Shown here piece after piece: positions 7,014-15,845 of a DNA stretch of 25,606 nt (within the stretch, counting starts at the first letter, position 1; each line of letters starts with the position of its first letter). A model generated the notes under the pieces. It was not told where the DNA came from and did not search any database. It worked only from the letters and a program-made list of their open reading frames with translations. This stretch comes from Acidimicrobiia bacterium (lineage in GTDB: Bacteria > Actinomycetota > Acidimicrobiia > IMCC26256 > JAENVU01). The stretch covers positions 1 through 25,606 of the forward strand of contig DATBHZ010000151.1 of assembly GCA_036557185.1 (NCBI GenBank). Reading direction: 5' to 3'. The translations under genes and the position numbers were made by a program.

Positions 7014-7671
7014 CACGCGGCGCATTCTCCGGTTCACCAAGACGGAGCGGGTCGCGCACTGGGTCAACGCGGGCCTGTTCGCCGTCGTCATGCTCACAGG
7101 GGCGGTGCTGAAGGACATCGGCGGCCTGTCGGGGACCGTCGGGCACCGCGAGTTGGTCCGCTTCCTGCACGTCTACTGCGGGCTCGCCATCCCGGTCGCG
7201 TTCGTCGCCGCCTATGCGCCCCGTTGGGGCAAGGCCCTGCGCCTCGACGTGTCGCGCATCAACCGCTGGAGCCCCGGCGACCTTCGCTGGTTGCGCACGT
7301 TCGGCCGCGACAGGTCCGTGAAGCTGGACAAGTTCAACCCCGGTCAGAAGCTCAACGCCGCCTTCGTCGCCGCCGCCGCGATCGTGATGGTCGCCACCGG
7401 TCTGATCATGGCGGCGGGGTCGATCTTCCCGTGGCTGGGCACGTTCCCCGACAACACGAAGACGGGCGCGACGTTCGTCCACGACGCCTTCGCGCTCTTC
7501 ATCTGGATGGCGGTGCTCGGACACATCTACCTCGCGTTCAACGACAGTGACGCGCTGCGATCCATGACGCGCGGCGACATCTCGACTCGGTGGGCGCGCG
7601 CGAAACGGCCGCTCTGGTACGACGAACAGGTGGGCTCGAACCCGCAGAGCGAAGGCACGGAGGCCGGTTAG
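6988..7671 (+). CDS. b-type cytochrome membrane subunit (Ni/Fe-hydrogenase / FdnI-type cytochrome b)
   Basis: TERVAHWVNAGLFAVVMLTG. Four hydrophobic helices with conserved His (HRELVRFLHVYCG, HDAFALFIWMAVLGHIYLAF). Start overlaps the upstream gene by 26 nt; GGGGAA Shine-Dalgarno. Confidence 0.75.
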   Translation: MAATTTQPDTRRILRFTKTERVAHWVNAGLFAVVMLTGAVLKDIGGLSGTVGHRELVRFLHVYCGLAIPVAFVAAYAPRWGKALRLDVSRINRWSPGDLRWLRTFGRDRSVKLDKFNPGQKLNAAFVAAAAIVMVATGLIMAAGSIFPWLGTFPDNTKTGATFVHDAFALFIWMAVLGHIYLAFNDSDALRSMTRGDISTRWARAKRPLWYDEQVGSNPQSEGTEAG

Positions 7672-7680
7672 TCTCGGCAC

Positions 7681-8817
7681 GTGACCGCCCCGTCAGCAGC
7701 CATCGTGCTTCCCGAAGAGCTCCGCCCGTCCGACGGGCGGTTCTGCTCCGGGCCGTCGAAGGTGCCCGATGCCGCGGTCGCCGCGCTGGCCGAGGCTGCT
7801 CCGGGCTATCTCGGCACGTCGCACCGGCGGGACGGCGTCCGATCGGTCGTCGGGCGGATCCGCGCCGGGATCGCGGACCTGTTCGCCCTGCCCGACGGCT
7901 ACGAGGTGCTCCTCGGCAACGGCGGGACGACTGCGTTCTGGGACGCCGCGTCGTTCGGCCTGATCGAGCGGCGTGCACAGCACCTGGTCTGCGGGGAGTT
8001 CTCGTCGAAGTTCGCTGCAGTCACCCGTGGCGCCCCGCACCTCGACGATCCCGACGTGATCGAGTCCGCGCCCGGCACCCATCCGGCGGTGCGCGCGGAA
8101 GCGTCGGTCGACGCGTATTGCTACCCGCAGAACGAGACGTCGACCGGTGTGATGCTGCCGGTCGTCCGCCCCGAGGGCGCCTCCGCCGGCCAGCTGGTGC
8201 TGGTGGACGCGACATCGGGCGCCGGAGGCCTGCGGTTCGATGCGAAGCACGTCGACGTCTACTACTTCGCACCCCAGAAGTGCTTCGCGAGTGACGGCGG
8301 CCTCTGGTTCGCTGCGTGCTCGCCGGCCGCGATCGAGCGCATCGAGCGCATCAACGCGACGGGGCGGTGGACACCCGCCAGCCTCGACCTCGCAATCGCG
8401 CTCGAGCAGTCGCGCCTCGACCAGACGTACAACACCCCGGCGCTCGCAACACTGTTCCTCATGGCGCACCAGGTCGAATGGATGATCGGCAGCGGTGGTC
8501 TCGAGGGCTGCGCGTCGCGGTGTGACCGGAGCGCCGAGATCGTCTACGGATGGGCGGAGGCGAGCGAGCACGCTTCACCCTTCGTCGAGAAGCCGGTCGA
8601 GCGCAGCCACGTGGTCGCCACGATCGACTTCGACACCTCCGTCGACGCCGCGGAGGTCGCGGCGGCGCTCCGGGCCAACGGCATCCTCGACACCGAGCCG
8701 TACCGGAAGCTCGGGCGCAACCAGGTCCGCATCGCACTGTTCCCGGCAGTGGAGCCCGACGACGTCGGGACGCTCACCCGCGCAATCGACTACCTGGTCG
8801 ACGCTTTGCGAAGCTGA
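7681..8817 (+). CDS. serC: Phosphoserine aminotransferase, actinobacterial type
   Basis: ELRPSDGRFCSGPSKV, YYFAPQKCFASDGGLW, and TEPYRKLGRNQVRIALFPAVEPDDV closely match mycobacterial SerC. Confidence 0.9.
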   Translation: MTAPSAAIVLPEELRPSDGRFCSGPSKVPDAAVAALAEAAPGYLGTSHRRDGVRSVVGRIRAGIADLFALPDGYEVLLGNGGTTAFWDAASFGLIERRAQHLVCGEFSSKFAAVTRGAPHLDDPDVIESAPGTHPAVRAEASVDAYCYPQNETSTGVMLPVVRPEGASAGQLVLVDATSGAGGLRFDAKHVDVYYFAPQKCFASDGGLWFAACSPAAIERIERINATGRWTPASLDLAIALEQSRLDQTYNTPALATLFLMAHQVEWMIGSGGLEGCASRCDRSAEIVYGWAEASEHASPFVEKPVERSHVVATIDFDTSVDAAEVAAALRANGILDTEPYRKLGRNQVRIALFPAVEPDDVGTLTRAIDYLVDALRS

Positions 8818-8846
8818 GCCCCGCACCGATCGACTTTGGGGGAGAC

Positions 8847-9560
8847 ATGCTGTTCGTGCACGAGACACACCGAGTGATGGGCGCACACGAAGACGACTTC
8901 GAAGCCATCTACCGCGACGAGTGGCTCCCGATGCTCGCAGAGACCGAGGACGCGCGGCTCCTCTACTTCATGCGTCTCGCGCACGGCACCGGACGCGCGT
9001 ACAACATGATCACGATCACTGCGATCCGCGACGGCGCGACGTGGGAGAATCTCGTCCAGCGCACGCAGCGCGGCGACCTGCGCTCATGGATGCAGAAGGT
9101 CGACGGGATGCGCCACGACGTGACGAGCAAGGTCCTCGTGCCCGTCGACTGGTCACCGCTCCAGGAGGTCGACCTCGACAACGTCCCGACGGACGCCGGC
9201 GAGCACGACCTCACGATCTTCATGGAGGACACCGCCTGGCCCTACGCGGGCAAGCTCGAGGACTACCTGGAGGCGGCGCGTGACAACTACGCGCCGAGCC
9301 TCGCGGAGGGGCGCCACGGCGGCCGCTCGCTCCTCGAGCTGCAGGCAGTCTTCGTGCCGGCTTGGGGCGCCGCCGCGCGCAGGCGCGAGGTCATCCTGTG
9401 GCAGCGCATCACGAAGCCCGCCGGGATCACACCGCTCGTCACGAGCGAGGTCCCTGCCGAGCACCGCAGCCCGGGGACCTGGATGCACGACGCGTTGCAG
9501 GTCCGCGACGACTGGGAGAGCAGGCTCCTGCGGACGACCTCCTGGTCGCCGTTGAGCTGA
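8847..9560 (+). CDS. Hypothetical protein with two tandem NIPSNAP/Dabb-like (dimeric alpha/beta-barrel) repeats
   Basis: ATG 7 nt after GGGGGAG. Internal repeat: HETHRVMGAHEDDFEAIYRDEWLPMLAE versus EDTAWPYAGKLEDYLEAARDNYAPSLAE. Confidence 0.55.
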   Translation: MLFVHETHRVMGAHEDDFEAIYRDEWLPMLAETEDARLLYFMRLAHGTGRAYNMITITAIRDGATWENLVQRTQRGDLRSWMQKVDGMRHDVTSKVLVPVDWSPLQEVDLDNVPTDAGEHDLTIFMEDTAWPYAGKLEDYLEAARDNYAPSLAEGRHGGRSLLELQAVFVPAWGAAARRREVILWQRITKPAGITPLVTSEVPAEHRSPGTWMHDALQVRDDWESRLLRTTSWSPLS

Positions 9561-9574
9561 CCGAACGATCAGCC

Positions 9575-9595
9575 CTGACCTGACCGAAAGGTCAG
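9575..9595. terminator. Bidirectional hairpin CTGACC-GAAA-GGTCAG (GNRA loop) between convergent genes
   Basis: 6-bp stem. The 3' arm contains the TCA stop of the minus-strand gene. No U-tract, which is common in high-GC actinobacteria. Confidence 0.35.
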
Positions 9596-10944
9596 CCCGC
9601 CGCGACCTGGCCTTCGGTGCTGCGCTTCGGCGGCTCCCACGCGGTCCCACCGACACGGCCGCCGAGCTCGGGACACTCACCCGCGAACGGTCCCCATGTG
9701 CACTCGAACCCGGGGACGACCCAGTCGTGCAGCATCCAGACGCCGTTGAGAGGGATCTTGTGCCCGCCCTTGGCCTCGCACGCCTGCTGCGACGTCGTCT
9801 CGGCGCCGATCACGATGCCGGCGTTGCCGATGCACAGCCCGCCGTTGAAGTTGTGCTGGTGCCAGTGATCGTTCGGGCCGGGGAAGCCGGGCGGCGGACC
9901 ACCGGGATGGAAGAGGAGATAGCTCAGGCCGACGATCCTCGAGGTCGGCTGGGTGCCGTCGTAGAGCAGCTCAGAGGGGGCGGACGGGTCGAAGGGTCGC
10001 GCTGCCAGCCCGATGTTCGTGTAGTGCGCGCCGATGCACGGGACGTACACCGTCGACTCGCGGTACCCCGCGTTCTCGGCGGCTGCGACGGTCGGGTAGC
10101 GCGTCGCGACGGCTCGTGCGTTCTCCTGTGCCTGCTCGAGCTGCTCGGTCGTCGCCTGCGACGTCGGGAGCTGGAGGAACGGGCCGCGAATCTCGTGACC
10201 CTCCGCGTCGCTGCCGACCTGCCCGACCGATGCCGGCGGACCTGACTCCTCGCACGGCGACTTGCCCGTAAGGGCCCCGGTGACGACCAGGCCTGGGCCG
10301 GTTTTCACGAGGCACCCGGGAGAGCTCGACACGGCCTGGTGCGTGTGCCCGTCGGGTGAAGCTGCGGCGCCACAGGCGCCGGCCGCGGAGCTGGTGGTGG
10401 CGGCGGCGGCGGTGCTGCTGCTGATGGCCGGGCTGAATGCCAGGCTCGTCAGCGCCGCCACCGCGACGCCCACGGTCGCGACACCGATGAAGCCGAACGC
10501 GCTCGGAGCGCTGCGCTCGGACCACGTGCGCGTGAGCAGCAACGTCACGAGCGCGACCACGGCGATGATCTCGAATGCCGCGCAGAGCCCGTCGATCTTC
10601 CCGAACTTCTCGGGCGCGCCATTGCTGCCGATGGCAATGCCCCACAGACGCGCGTAGAGCCAGACTCCGAGGATCCCGAGGTTCAACGCGATCCCGGCGA
10701 AGCACGCGAGCTTCGAAGGCCGGAAGATCAGCCACGCGGCGAGACCAACCTGGGACCATGCAGCGACGGCGAAGAACATCCCGTGCGACCACGACACGCC
10801 GGCGTGCTCGCCCATCATCGCGAAGTGGATGCCGGCGGCGCCGAACATCATGACGGCGACCGTCCAGCGCAGAACAGGTCCCACCTTCGAGGGTGGTGCG
10901 GCGTGCGGGTCCTGCGAGCCTGAGTCGGTGGTACCGGTCAGCAT
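9592..10944 (-). CDS. Polytopic membrane protein (4-5 TM) with Ser/Thr/Ala linker and Cys/His-rich extracytoplasmic C-terminal domain, function unknown
   Basis: Start MLTGTT 6 nt after GGGGGA. TM helices, then an STAAAATTSSAAGAC linker, then a domain with PCIGAHYTNIG, NDHWHQHNFNGGLCIGNAG and GFECTWGPFAGECPELGG. Confidence 0.55.
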   Translation of the reverse strand: MLTGTTDSGSQDPHAAPPSKVGPVLRWTVAVMMFGAAGIHFAMMGEHAGVSWSHGMFFAVAAWSQVGLAAWLIFRPSKLACFAGIALNLGILGVWLYARLWGIAIGSNGAPEKFGKIDGLCAAFEIIAVVALVTLLLTRTWSERSAPSAFGFIGVATVGVAVAALTSLAFSPAISSSTAAAATTSSAAGACGAAASPDGHTHQAVSSSPGCLVKTGPGLVVTGALTGKSPCEESGPPASVGQVGSDAEGHEIRGPFLQLPTSQATTEQLEQAQENARAVATRYPTVAAAENAGYRESTVYVPCIGAHYTNIGLAARPFDPSAPSELLYDGTQPTSRIVGLSYLLFHPGGPPPGFPGPNDHWHQHNFNGGLCIGNAGIVIGAETTSQQACEAKGGHKIPLNGVWMLHDWVVPGFECTWGPFAGECPELGGRVGGTAWEPPKRSTEGQVAAG

Positions 10945-11015
10945 CAGGATCCCCCCTGTCCGTGCACGGCCCGTGCAGCTTATTGCGCGTCCGATCGACG
11001 CGATCCGCGCTCGGA

Positions 11016-11762
11016 TCAGACGTCGTCGATGAGCCTCTCCCACCCGTCGGGCGGCTCGGCGAGGCGCCACACCTGCTCCGGCGCCTCGAGCTTCTCACCA
11101 ATGTGCCAGTCGGCCTCGAGCGCGAGCAGCTGCGAGGTGTACTGACCGATGGCAGCGCGCTTGCGGGTGTCCTGGGCATCGATGCTCGGCACCGCCGGTG
11201 TCGGCCAGACCGCCGCACGAAACAGCTTCGCGACCCGCCACGCGAGCAGACCCGGGATGTGCTTGTAGCCGGAGTCCTCGTAGCAGAACCAGGCCGGCCC
11301 GGTGAAGCGCTCCCTCACGAGCATCCCCGCATCGTGCGTCGCGACGTGGTCGGGGTTCGCCAAACCCATCGGCAGGAACACCGCCGTGGGGTCGAGCGTG
11401 CGCAGCTCCTGCTCGAGCGCCGTGTTCGTGGCGTCGGGTCCCACCCAGTCGGGCCGCTCGAGGTACTGGTGCTCGACGAAATCGAGCCAGCGAGGGACGG
11501 CGCCGACCTCGGCGAGCGCCTTCGCGTCCTCTTCGCGACGAGCCTCGAGCACCTCGTCGCCCGGATCGAACCCCGCCAGCGTGTCCCACCTCGTCATGGG
11601 AGTCGGGTACTCGTCCGGGCGTCCGGCGTAGACGGTCACGACGGTCGCGCCCGGATGACGTGCCAGCAGGCGCCCACAACCAAGGACCGCGTCGTCGAGG
11701 TGGGGCGACACGATCACCATGCGCTCGAGCTCGCGATCGGGCACGAGACCCCACTCGCGCAT
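11016..11762 (-). CDS. PIG-L/LmbE-family N-acetylglucosaminyl deacetylase
   Basis: MREWGLVPDRELERMVIVSPHLDDAVLGCGRLL...TVVTVYAG (zinc-binding HxDD). The upstream ORF extension is an Arg-rich run-on. Confidence 0.75.
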   Translation of the reverse strand: MREWGLVPDRELERMVIVSPHLDDAVLGCGRLLARHPGATVVTVYAGRPDEYPTPMTRWDTLAGFDPGDEVLEARREEDAKALAEVGAVPRWLDFVEHQYLERPDWVGPDATNTALEQELRTLDPTAVFLPMGLANPDHVATHDAGMLVRERFTGPAWFCYEDSGYKHIPGLLAWRVAKLFRAAVWPTPAVPSIDAQDTRKRAAIGQYTSQLLALEADWHIGEKLEAPEQVWRLAEPPDGWERLIDDV

Positions 11763-11788
11763 GTCGGGAGCCGGGTTCGCCACGGTCG

Positions 11789-14125
11789 TTACGGAACGAG
11801 GTCCTTGCAGGGACCGCCATTGCACACGTCGACAAAGAGACCATTGCCGAGGAACGACGCGACCTGCTGGGTCAACACCGGATTCCCGGCGCCCAGGCCG
11901 TGCGGGTCGATGCCCGCGCGGTTCGGCGTGTTCGTCGGGGGCGGCGCCGGCGTGCCGTAGTCCCACTCCACGAGCACGTTGCCGGCGAACGGCGTGGACG
12001 GGATGGCGGGGATGTCCCACATCGGCGTGACGTCGAGGCTCCGGCCAGGATCCAGGTTGGGCATCCACACGTGCATGCCGGGGACCGTGCGCGCCTCGTT
12101 CTCCGTCGCGATGTTCGTCACCTGATGATCACCGAACGCCTCGATGAGCATCACCTGGTGCTCGGGAGTGCCCGGGAGCGGGTTCGAGGTCATGTGCTCC
12201 GCGTACCCGTCGGCCTCGGCGCGGTCCCAGAGCATCTGGATCATCGTCTTGCCGAGGATCTGGTCGACCTCATCCGGGTACGCAGCCTGGATCGTGGGTC
12301 GGAACGCGTCGAAGTCGACGCTGCGGTCCAGGAGCGTCGAGAAGTTCATCCCCGGAACACCCAGCACCGACCGCGTGAACTCCGTGGAGATGGCGGTGAG
12401 CGCACCGCCGAGGATCCCTCCCTGACTGTTGCCGTTGAACACGACGTTGCCCGGAGTGATCACGGGCGTCGCCGACGCGCCCGCCCGGAACGCGCTGCTG
12501 CTGTCGAAACCGTTGGGGTCCTTCACCAGGCGCGCCAGGAAGAGCTGGTTGACGAAACCCTGCTGCACACGGTCGGCCAAGGTCGGGAACAGCGACAGGT
12601 TCGCGTTGATCGCGAAGACGTTCGCGATGTCGGCCGACGACATGCCGATCCAGTCGGTGGCGCACATCACCGAGCGGGTGATGTTGGCCTGGGTTCCGAA
12701 CGAATTGACCTCGGTCCCGGATCCCAGCAGCCCGTGGCCGTACGTGAGACCGGTCCCCGGCGTCACCGGGTCGTTCCCGTCGGCGGTCACCGATCGGGGG
12801 ATGTTGCAGGTGAACGGCGCGGTATACGTGCCGTTGCGTACCGGCAGGGCGTCGGGCCCGGCGTTCGGCGCGTAGTTGAACCGCGAGCCCGGACCGCCGT
12901 CGCCCGTGAGATAGAGCGGCACCTGGTAGGTGCCGGTGACGCGCCGGAAGATGGTGCTGCTCACGTTGTCCTGCACGCCGGTGACGGTGAAGCTCGGCGC
13001 GGCGCCGTGGAGCGACGCGAACGCGTCGTCCCGGATGTGGAGCACGCGCTCGGAGATGTTGCGCTCGGACGCAACGGTGAAGTCCCACGCCAGGTACATG
13101 CTCGACCGGTGCCATCCGATGCTCTGCAGGTGCCCGATCACGTCCTCCATCGCGGGGCGCCGTCCTTCGACCGCGGGGAGGAACGTCGGGATCTGGTCGC
13201 GGTACAGCTGGAACGAACGGCTCGCTGGGATCACCGAGCCGTCGGCGCGCTTCAGGTTGCGGAGTCCGACGATGATCCTGTGGCCCTCGGCGAAGTTGCG
13301 CGCCGGCCGGATGATGAGCGTGCGCGTCGCATCACTCGTCGCGTTCGCGTCCAGCTCCGCGAAGAACGGGACGCGCTGTCCGGTGTCGGCGTCGAGCAGC
13401 ACGATCGGCTGATCGCTGTCGAGCGAGCGACCGATGTCCGTGATCGGCGCTGCGCCGGTCTGCGCGAGATCGATACCGGGGACGAGCAGGATGATGGCCG
13501 ATCCCGGTGAGAAGCCGTCGTTACGGTTCCACTCGGTTGGATCGATGCGCTGTCCGGAAGTGTTCGACTCCATCGACGCCGGGTCGAAGTGCACGCGGCG
13601 GCCGGTGTCGGAGGTTGGGTCGGCGACGGTGAACCAGTTGCTCGGGAAAGGCAGCTGGCAACGACTCTGGCCGAGGAACTCACACCTGCTCGCGAGCGAC
13701 ACGTCGACGTTGGGCTCGTAGGACCAGACCGCGTCGCGCAGGATGGTGTGCCCGTGCGCGTCGCGACCGGACGCGAGCAGGCGCGTCAACCCTTCCTGAA
13801 TGTCGGACGGCTGCAACGTCCCCGTCGCCGTCCCGTTCGAGACCGAGAACCGGCTGGTGATGTCGCGGGGGAAGAGGAAGACGGTGCCGGTCTCCAACCC
13901 CACGTGCAGTGAACCCGGTTGGATGCCGTGCACGTCGAGCGTGACCGGGATCGGACCGCTCGGGAGCTGGGTGTGGTTGACCGGAGCGACGATGCGCAGC
14001 GCGTCCCCGGGCACGCCGGGGCGGGCCGTCGCGGCGATGAGGAAGCTGCAGCCCGACGTCGCGAGCGCGAGCACGGCAACCACCGCGAGCGTCGACAAGA
14101 GACGAGTGGAACGGTCTCGGCGCAT
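11789..14125 (-). CDS. Secreted lipoprotein, large alpha/beta-hydrolase (esterase/lipase/peptidase-like), 778 aa
   Basis: Signal plus lipobox MRRDRSTRLLSTLAVVAVLALATSGC. Nucleophile elbow VFNGNSQGGILGG (GxSxG). Downstream candidate acid/His residues at EAFGDHQV and DPHGLGAGNP. Confidence 0.7.
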   Translation of the reverse strand: MRRDRSTRLLSTLAVVAVLALATSGCSFLIAATARPGVPGDALRIVAPVNHTQLPSGPIPVTLDVHGIQPGSLHVGLETGTVFLFPRDITSRFSVSNGTATGTLQPSDIQEGLTRLLASGRDAHGHTILRDAVWSYEPNVDVSLASRCEFLGQSRCQLPFPSNWFTVADPTSDTGRRVHFDPASMESNTSGQRIDPTEWNRNDGFSPGSAIILLVPGIDLAQTGAAPITDIGRSLDSDQPIVLLDADTGQRVPFFAELDANATSDATRTLIIRPARNFAEGHRIIVGLRNLKRADGSVIPASRSFQLYRDQIPTFLPAVEGRRPAMEDVIGHLQSIGWHRSSMYLAWDFTVASERNISERVLHIRDDAFASLHGAAPSFTVTGVQDNVSSTIFRRVTGTYQVPLYLTGDGGPGSRFNYAPNAGPDALPVRNGTYTAPFTCNIPRSVTADGNDPVTPGTGLTYGHGLLGSGTEVNSFGTQANITRSVMCATDWIGMSSADIANVFAINANLSLFPTLADRVQQGFVNQLFLARLVKDPNGFDSSSAFRAGASATPVITPGNVVFNGNSQGGILGGALTAISTEFTRSVLGVPGMNFSTLLDRSVDFDAFRPTIQAAYPDEVDQILGKTMIQMLWDRAEADGYAEHMTSNPLPGTPEHQVMLIEAFGDHQVTNIATENEARTVPGMHVWMPNLDPGRSLDVTPMWDIPAIPSTPFAGNVLVEWDYGTPAPPPTNTPNRAGIDPHGLGAGNPVLTQQVASFLGNGLFVDVCNGGPCKDLVP

Positions 14126-14213
14126 GCAAGCCCCCCAGATGGCATCACCACGCAGTGTGACGGACTGTATGCGCCTACGCTGCCGATTGTCACCTTTCGG
14201 GGGAGGTCACACG

Positions 14214-15755
14214 GTGCGCGTCCCACTCACCATCAACGATTTCCTGAACCGGGCCGAGTGGGTGTACCCGGACCGCACCGCGGTCGTCGACGAGCCCAAC
14301 CCGCCCGGCGGTGGCTTCGGCTCGATCACCTACGCAGAGCTCGGCCGCCGCGCGCGCAGCCTCGCGTGCGCGCTCGACGCGCTCGAGGTCGAAGAGGGCG
14401 CGCGCGTCGCGATCTTCTCCCCGAACGCCGCACGCTTCCTCACGGCGCTGTTCGGAGTGCCCGCGTTCGGGCGCATCCTCGTGCCGATCAACTTCCGGCT
14501 CAACCTCAGCGAGGTCGAGTACATCGTCGAGCACTCGCGCGCATCCGTTCTGCTGGTCGACCCCGAGTACGCGGACATGCTCGACGGCATCCCGATCGAG
14601 CATCGCTTCGTGCTCGGCACGGCAACCGACGAGGAGCTGTTCGGCAGGACCGGCACGCCGCAGCTGCTCAGCTCCGACGAGGAGGCCACCGCGACCGTCA
14701 ACTACACGTCGGGCACCACGGCGCGGCCCAAGGGCGTGCAGATGACCCACCGGAACTTGTGGCTCAACGCGACCACGTTCGGGTGGCACATGGGCGTCGA
14801 CGATCGCGACGTCTACCTGCACACGCTGCCTATGTTCCACTGCAATGGATGGGGCCTGCCGTTCTCCGTGTCTGCGATGGGCGGCCGCCACGTCGTCATC
14901 CGCAAGATCGACGGCGAGGACATCCTGCGGCGCGTCGAATGCGAAGGCGTCACGTTCCTCGCGGGCGCGCCCGCTGTGGTCGCGGCGACGCTCGACGCGG
15001 CGGCGGCACGCAAGGAGGCAGGAGCACCGATCCCCGGTAGCGGGACCGTCCGCATGGTGGTCGCCGGCGCACCGCCGCCCTCGAAGGTGATCGAGCGCGT
15101 CGAGCGGGAGCTCGGTTGGGAGTTCATGCAGATCTACGGCCTGACCGAGACCTCTCCCCTGCTCACGGTCAACCGGACGCCACTCGAGGATCTCGACCTC
15201 GATCCCACCGAGCGCGCCCGGCGGCTCGCGCGCGCCGGGGTGCCCGCGCTCGGGGTCCAGGTCGCCGTCAACGATGAGGGTGAGGTGCTCGCACGCTCGA
15301 ACCACGTGTTCGAGGGCTACTGGGAGCAGCCGGCGGAGACCGCGCGCGCGATCGTCGACGGCTGGTTCCACACCGGCGACGGCGGCGACCTCGACGACGG
15401 GTACGTCGTCATCTCGGACCGCAAGAAGGACGTCATCATCTCGGGCGGCGAGAACGTCAGCTCGATCGAGGTCGAGGACTGCCTCTTTCAACACGAGGCC
15501 GTGGCGGAGGCGGCGGTGATCGGCGTCCCCGACGACCACTGGGGCGAGACCGTCAAAGCGCTTGTGGTCCTTCGCCCCGGGAACACGATCTCGGAGCAGG
15601 ACCTGATCGAGTTCTGTCGCGAGCGGATGGCGCACTTCAAGTGCCCGCGGTCCGTGGAGTTCCGCGACGAGCTCGCACGGACCGCGACCGGCAAGCTCCA
15701 GAAGTTCAAGCTGCGCCAGCCCTACTGGGAGGGCCACGAGCGTCAGATCAACTGA
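14214..15755 (+). CDS. AMP-forming acyl-CoA synthetase / fatty-acid-CoA ligase
   Basis: GTG 7 nt after GGGAGG. AMP-binding motif YTSGTTARPKGV, YGLTETS, and GWFHTGDGG...DRKKDVIISGGENV. Confidence 0.85.
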   Translation: MRVPLTINDFLNRAEWVYPDRTAVVDEPNPPGGGFGSITYAELGRRARSLACALDALEVEEGARVAIFSPNAARFLTALFGVPAFGRILVPINFRLNLSEVEYIVEHSRASVLLVDPEYADMLDGIPIEHRFVLGTATDEELFGRTGTPQLLSSDEEATATVNYTSGTTARPKGVQMTHRNLWLNATTFGWHMGVDDRDVYLHTLPMFHCNGWGLPFSVSAMGGRHVVIRKIDGEDILRRVECEGVTFLAGAPAVVAATLDAAAARKEAGAPIPGSGTVRMVVAGAPPPSKVIERVERELGWEFMQIYGLTETSPLLTVNRTPLEDLDLDPTERARRLARAGVPALGVQVAVNDEGEVLARSNHVFEGYWEQPAETARAIVDGWFHTGDGGDLDDGYVVISDRKKDVIISGGENVSSIEVEDCLFQHEAVAEAAVIGVPDDHWGETVKALVVLRPGNTISEQDLIEFCRERMAHFKCPRSVEFRDELARTATGKLQKFKLRQPYWEGHERQIN

Positions 15756-15768
15756 CCGCCCCTTCTTG

Positions 15769-15822
15769 CCGACTTTCTTGCCGAAACCGTTGCCATACCG
15801 ACGGTTACTGCAAGAAAGTCGG
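15769..15822. terminator. AT-rich nested inverted repeat, a candidate bidirectional terminator or structured element
   Basis: Perfect 13-bp arms CCGACTTTCTTGC (15769-15781) / GCAAGAAAGTCGG (15810-15822) enclose a second perfect 6-bp inverted repeat AACCGT...ACGGTT. Lies between convergent fadD-like and adh genes. Confidence 0.5.
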
Positions 15823-15825
15823 AAT

Positions 15826-15840
15826 GAGGAGGAGGAGGAT
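15826..15840. repeat. (GAG)5 trinucleotide microsatellite GAGGAGGAGGAGGAT
   Basis: Seen directly, immediately 3' of the nested hairpin. Confidence 0.5.
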
Positions 15841-15845
15841 GCGGG

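Noticed and set aside
11660-13510. 616-aa plus-strand ORF and several 250-415-aa ORFs overlapping the lipoprotein and deacetylase genes
   Set aside because: Arg/His/Asp-rich antisense frames. The minus-strand genes have clear catalytic motifs and signal peptides.
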